Assembly: GCF_004010195.1 (NCBI RefSeq)
Contig: NC_057718.1
Coordinates: forward strand, 43,523,970-43,587,969
Reading direction: 5' to 3'
DNA from: Chiloscyllium plagiosum
Taxonomy: Eukaryota
Length of the DNA stretch: 64,000 bases
Shown here: positions 63,248-64,000 of the stretch, in pieces
Position numbering within the stretch: the stretch's first letter is position 1
How the letters are laid out: each line of letters begins with the position of its first letter
Translations under genes and position numbers: made by a program
Notes under the pieces: generated by a model
Seen by the model: only the letters and a program-made list of their open reading frames with translations
The model's database searches: none
Told to the model about the DNA's origin: nothing

Positions 63248-64000
63248 GAGTCGAAGAGTCTGATGCAGGAAAAGCACAACTGGTCAGACAGCATCGAGGA
63301 GCAGGACAGTCAATGTTTCAAGCATAAGCTCCTCCTCAAGAATGAGGGGGTGGCCCAAGGGGGGCTGAGAGAGAAATGGGAAGGGGGCGGGGCTAGGGGA
63401 AGGTAGCTGGGAATGCAATTGATAGATGAAGGTAGGGGTGAAGGTGATAGTTGGAGAAGAGAGTGGAGGGGAGGGTATGCCCGAAACGTCGATTCTCCTG
63501 TTCCCTGGATGCTGCCTGACCTGCTGCGCTTTTCCAGCAACACATTTCCAGCTCTGATCTCCAGCATCTGCAGACCTCACTTTCTCCTCCTAGGAAGGAA
63601 GATGGACAGGTAGGACAGTTCAAGAGGTCAGTGCCAAGATGAAAGATTGAATCTGGATAAGGTGGGTGGGGTGTGGGGGGAGGAGGAATGGGGAAACTGG
63701 TGAAACTCTTGAATTGTCCTTCCTGTCCATCTTCCTTCTGACCTGTCAGCTCCACCCTCCTCTCTGACCTATCACCTTCATCCCCACAGTCATCTACCAA
63801 TCACATTCCCAGCTACCTTCCCCCCCGGCCCGCCCCTCTCCTGTTTATCTCTCAGTCCCTTGGGCCACCCCTTTGTTCCTGATCAAGCACTTACACTTGA
63901 AGCATTGACTCACCTGCTCTTCAGATACTGCCTGACCGGTTCTGCTGTTCCAGGACCACACTCTTTGACTCTGATCTCCAGCATCTGTAGTCCTCACTTT
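63248..64000. mobile_element. Older fold-back Penelope element with a younger pLTR (about 63477-63590) inserted
   Basis: Opposed degenerate pLTR arms at about 63248-63470 and 63715-64000; the central piece is nearly identical to the pLTR at 22970-23044 and 25217-25272. Confidence 0.75.

Noticed and set aside
45995..64000. Search for USH2A exons 12 and 13
   Set aside because: No Cys-patterned laminin-EGF exon seen. The next intron is long in human, so absence from the window is uninformative.
1..64000. CRISPR arrays, operons or other prokaryotic systems
   Set aside because: The sequence is vertebrate intron/repeat DNA; the repeats are dispersed retroelements, not repeat-spacer arrays.

Overview
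Repeat-rich vertebrate genomic DNA, very likely from a cartilaginous fish (shark), judging from HE1/V-SINE-like and Deu-core SINEs and abundant CR1, L2 and Penelope-like elements. There is no intact protein-coding gene. The main signal is a set of six + strand exon remnants (2226-45994) that translate into the LamG-like C-terminus, laminin N-terminal (LN) and first laminin-EGF repeats of usherin (USH2A, equivalent to human exons 5 and 7-11). Every exon carries nonsense codons, frameshifts and/or destroyed splice sites, so this is an unprocessed USH2A pseudogene and a candidate lineage-specific loss of usherin. The introns hold a decayed 8.1 kb Gmr1-type Ty3/gypsy LTR element (integrase upstream of RT, SCAN-like gag) and two long Penelope-like elements with inverted 5' parts. 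They also hold many short fold-back Penelope pseudo-LTR insertions carrying minimal hammerhead ribozyme cores, with palindromic ACGT/AGCT in place of stem III. All protein and family assignments are by eye from recalled sequences; no searches were run.
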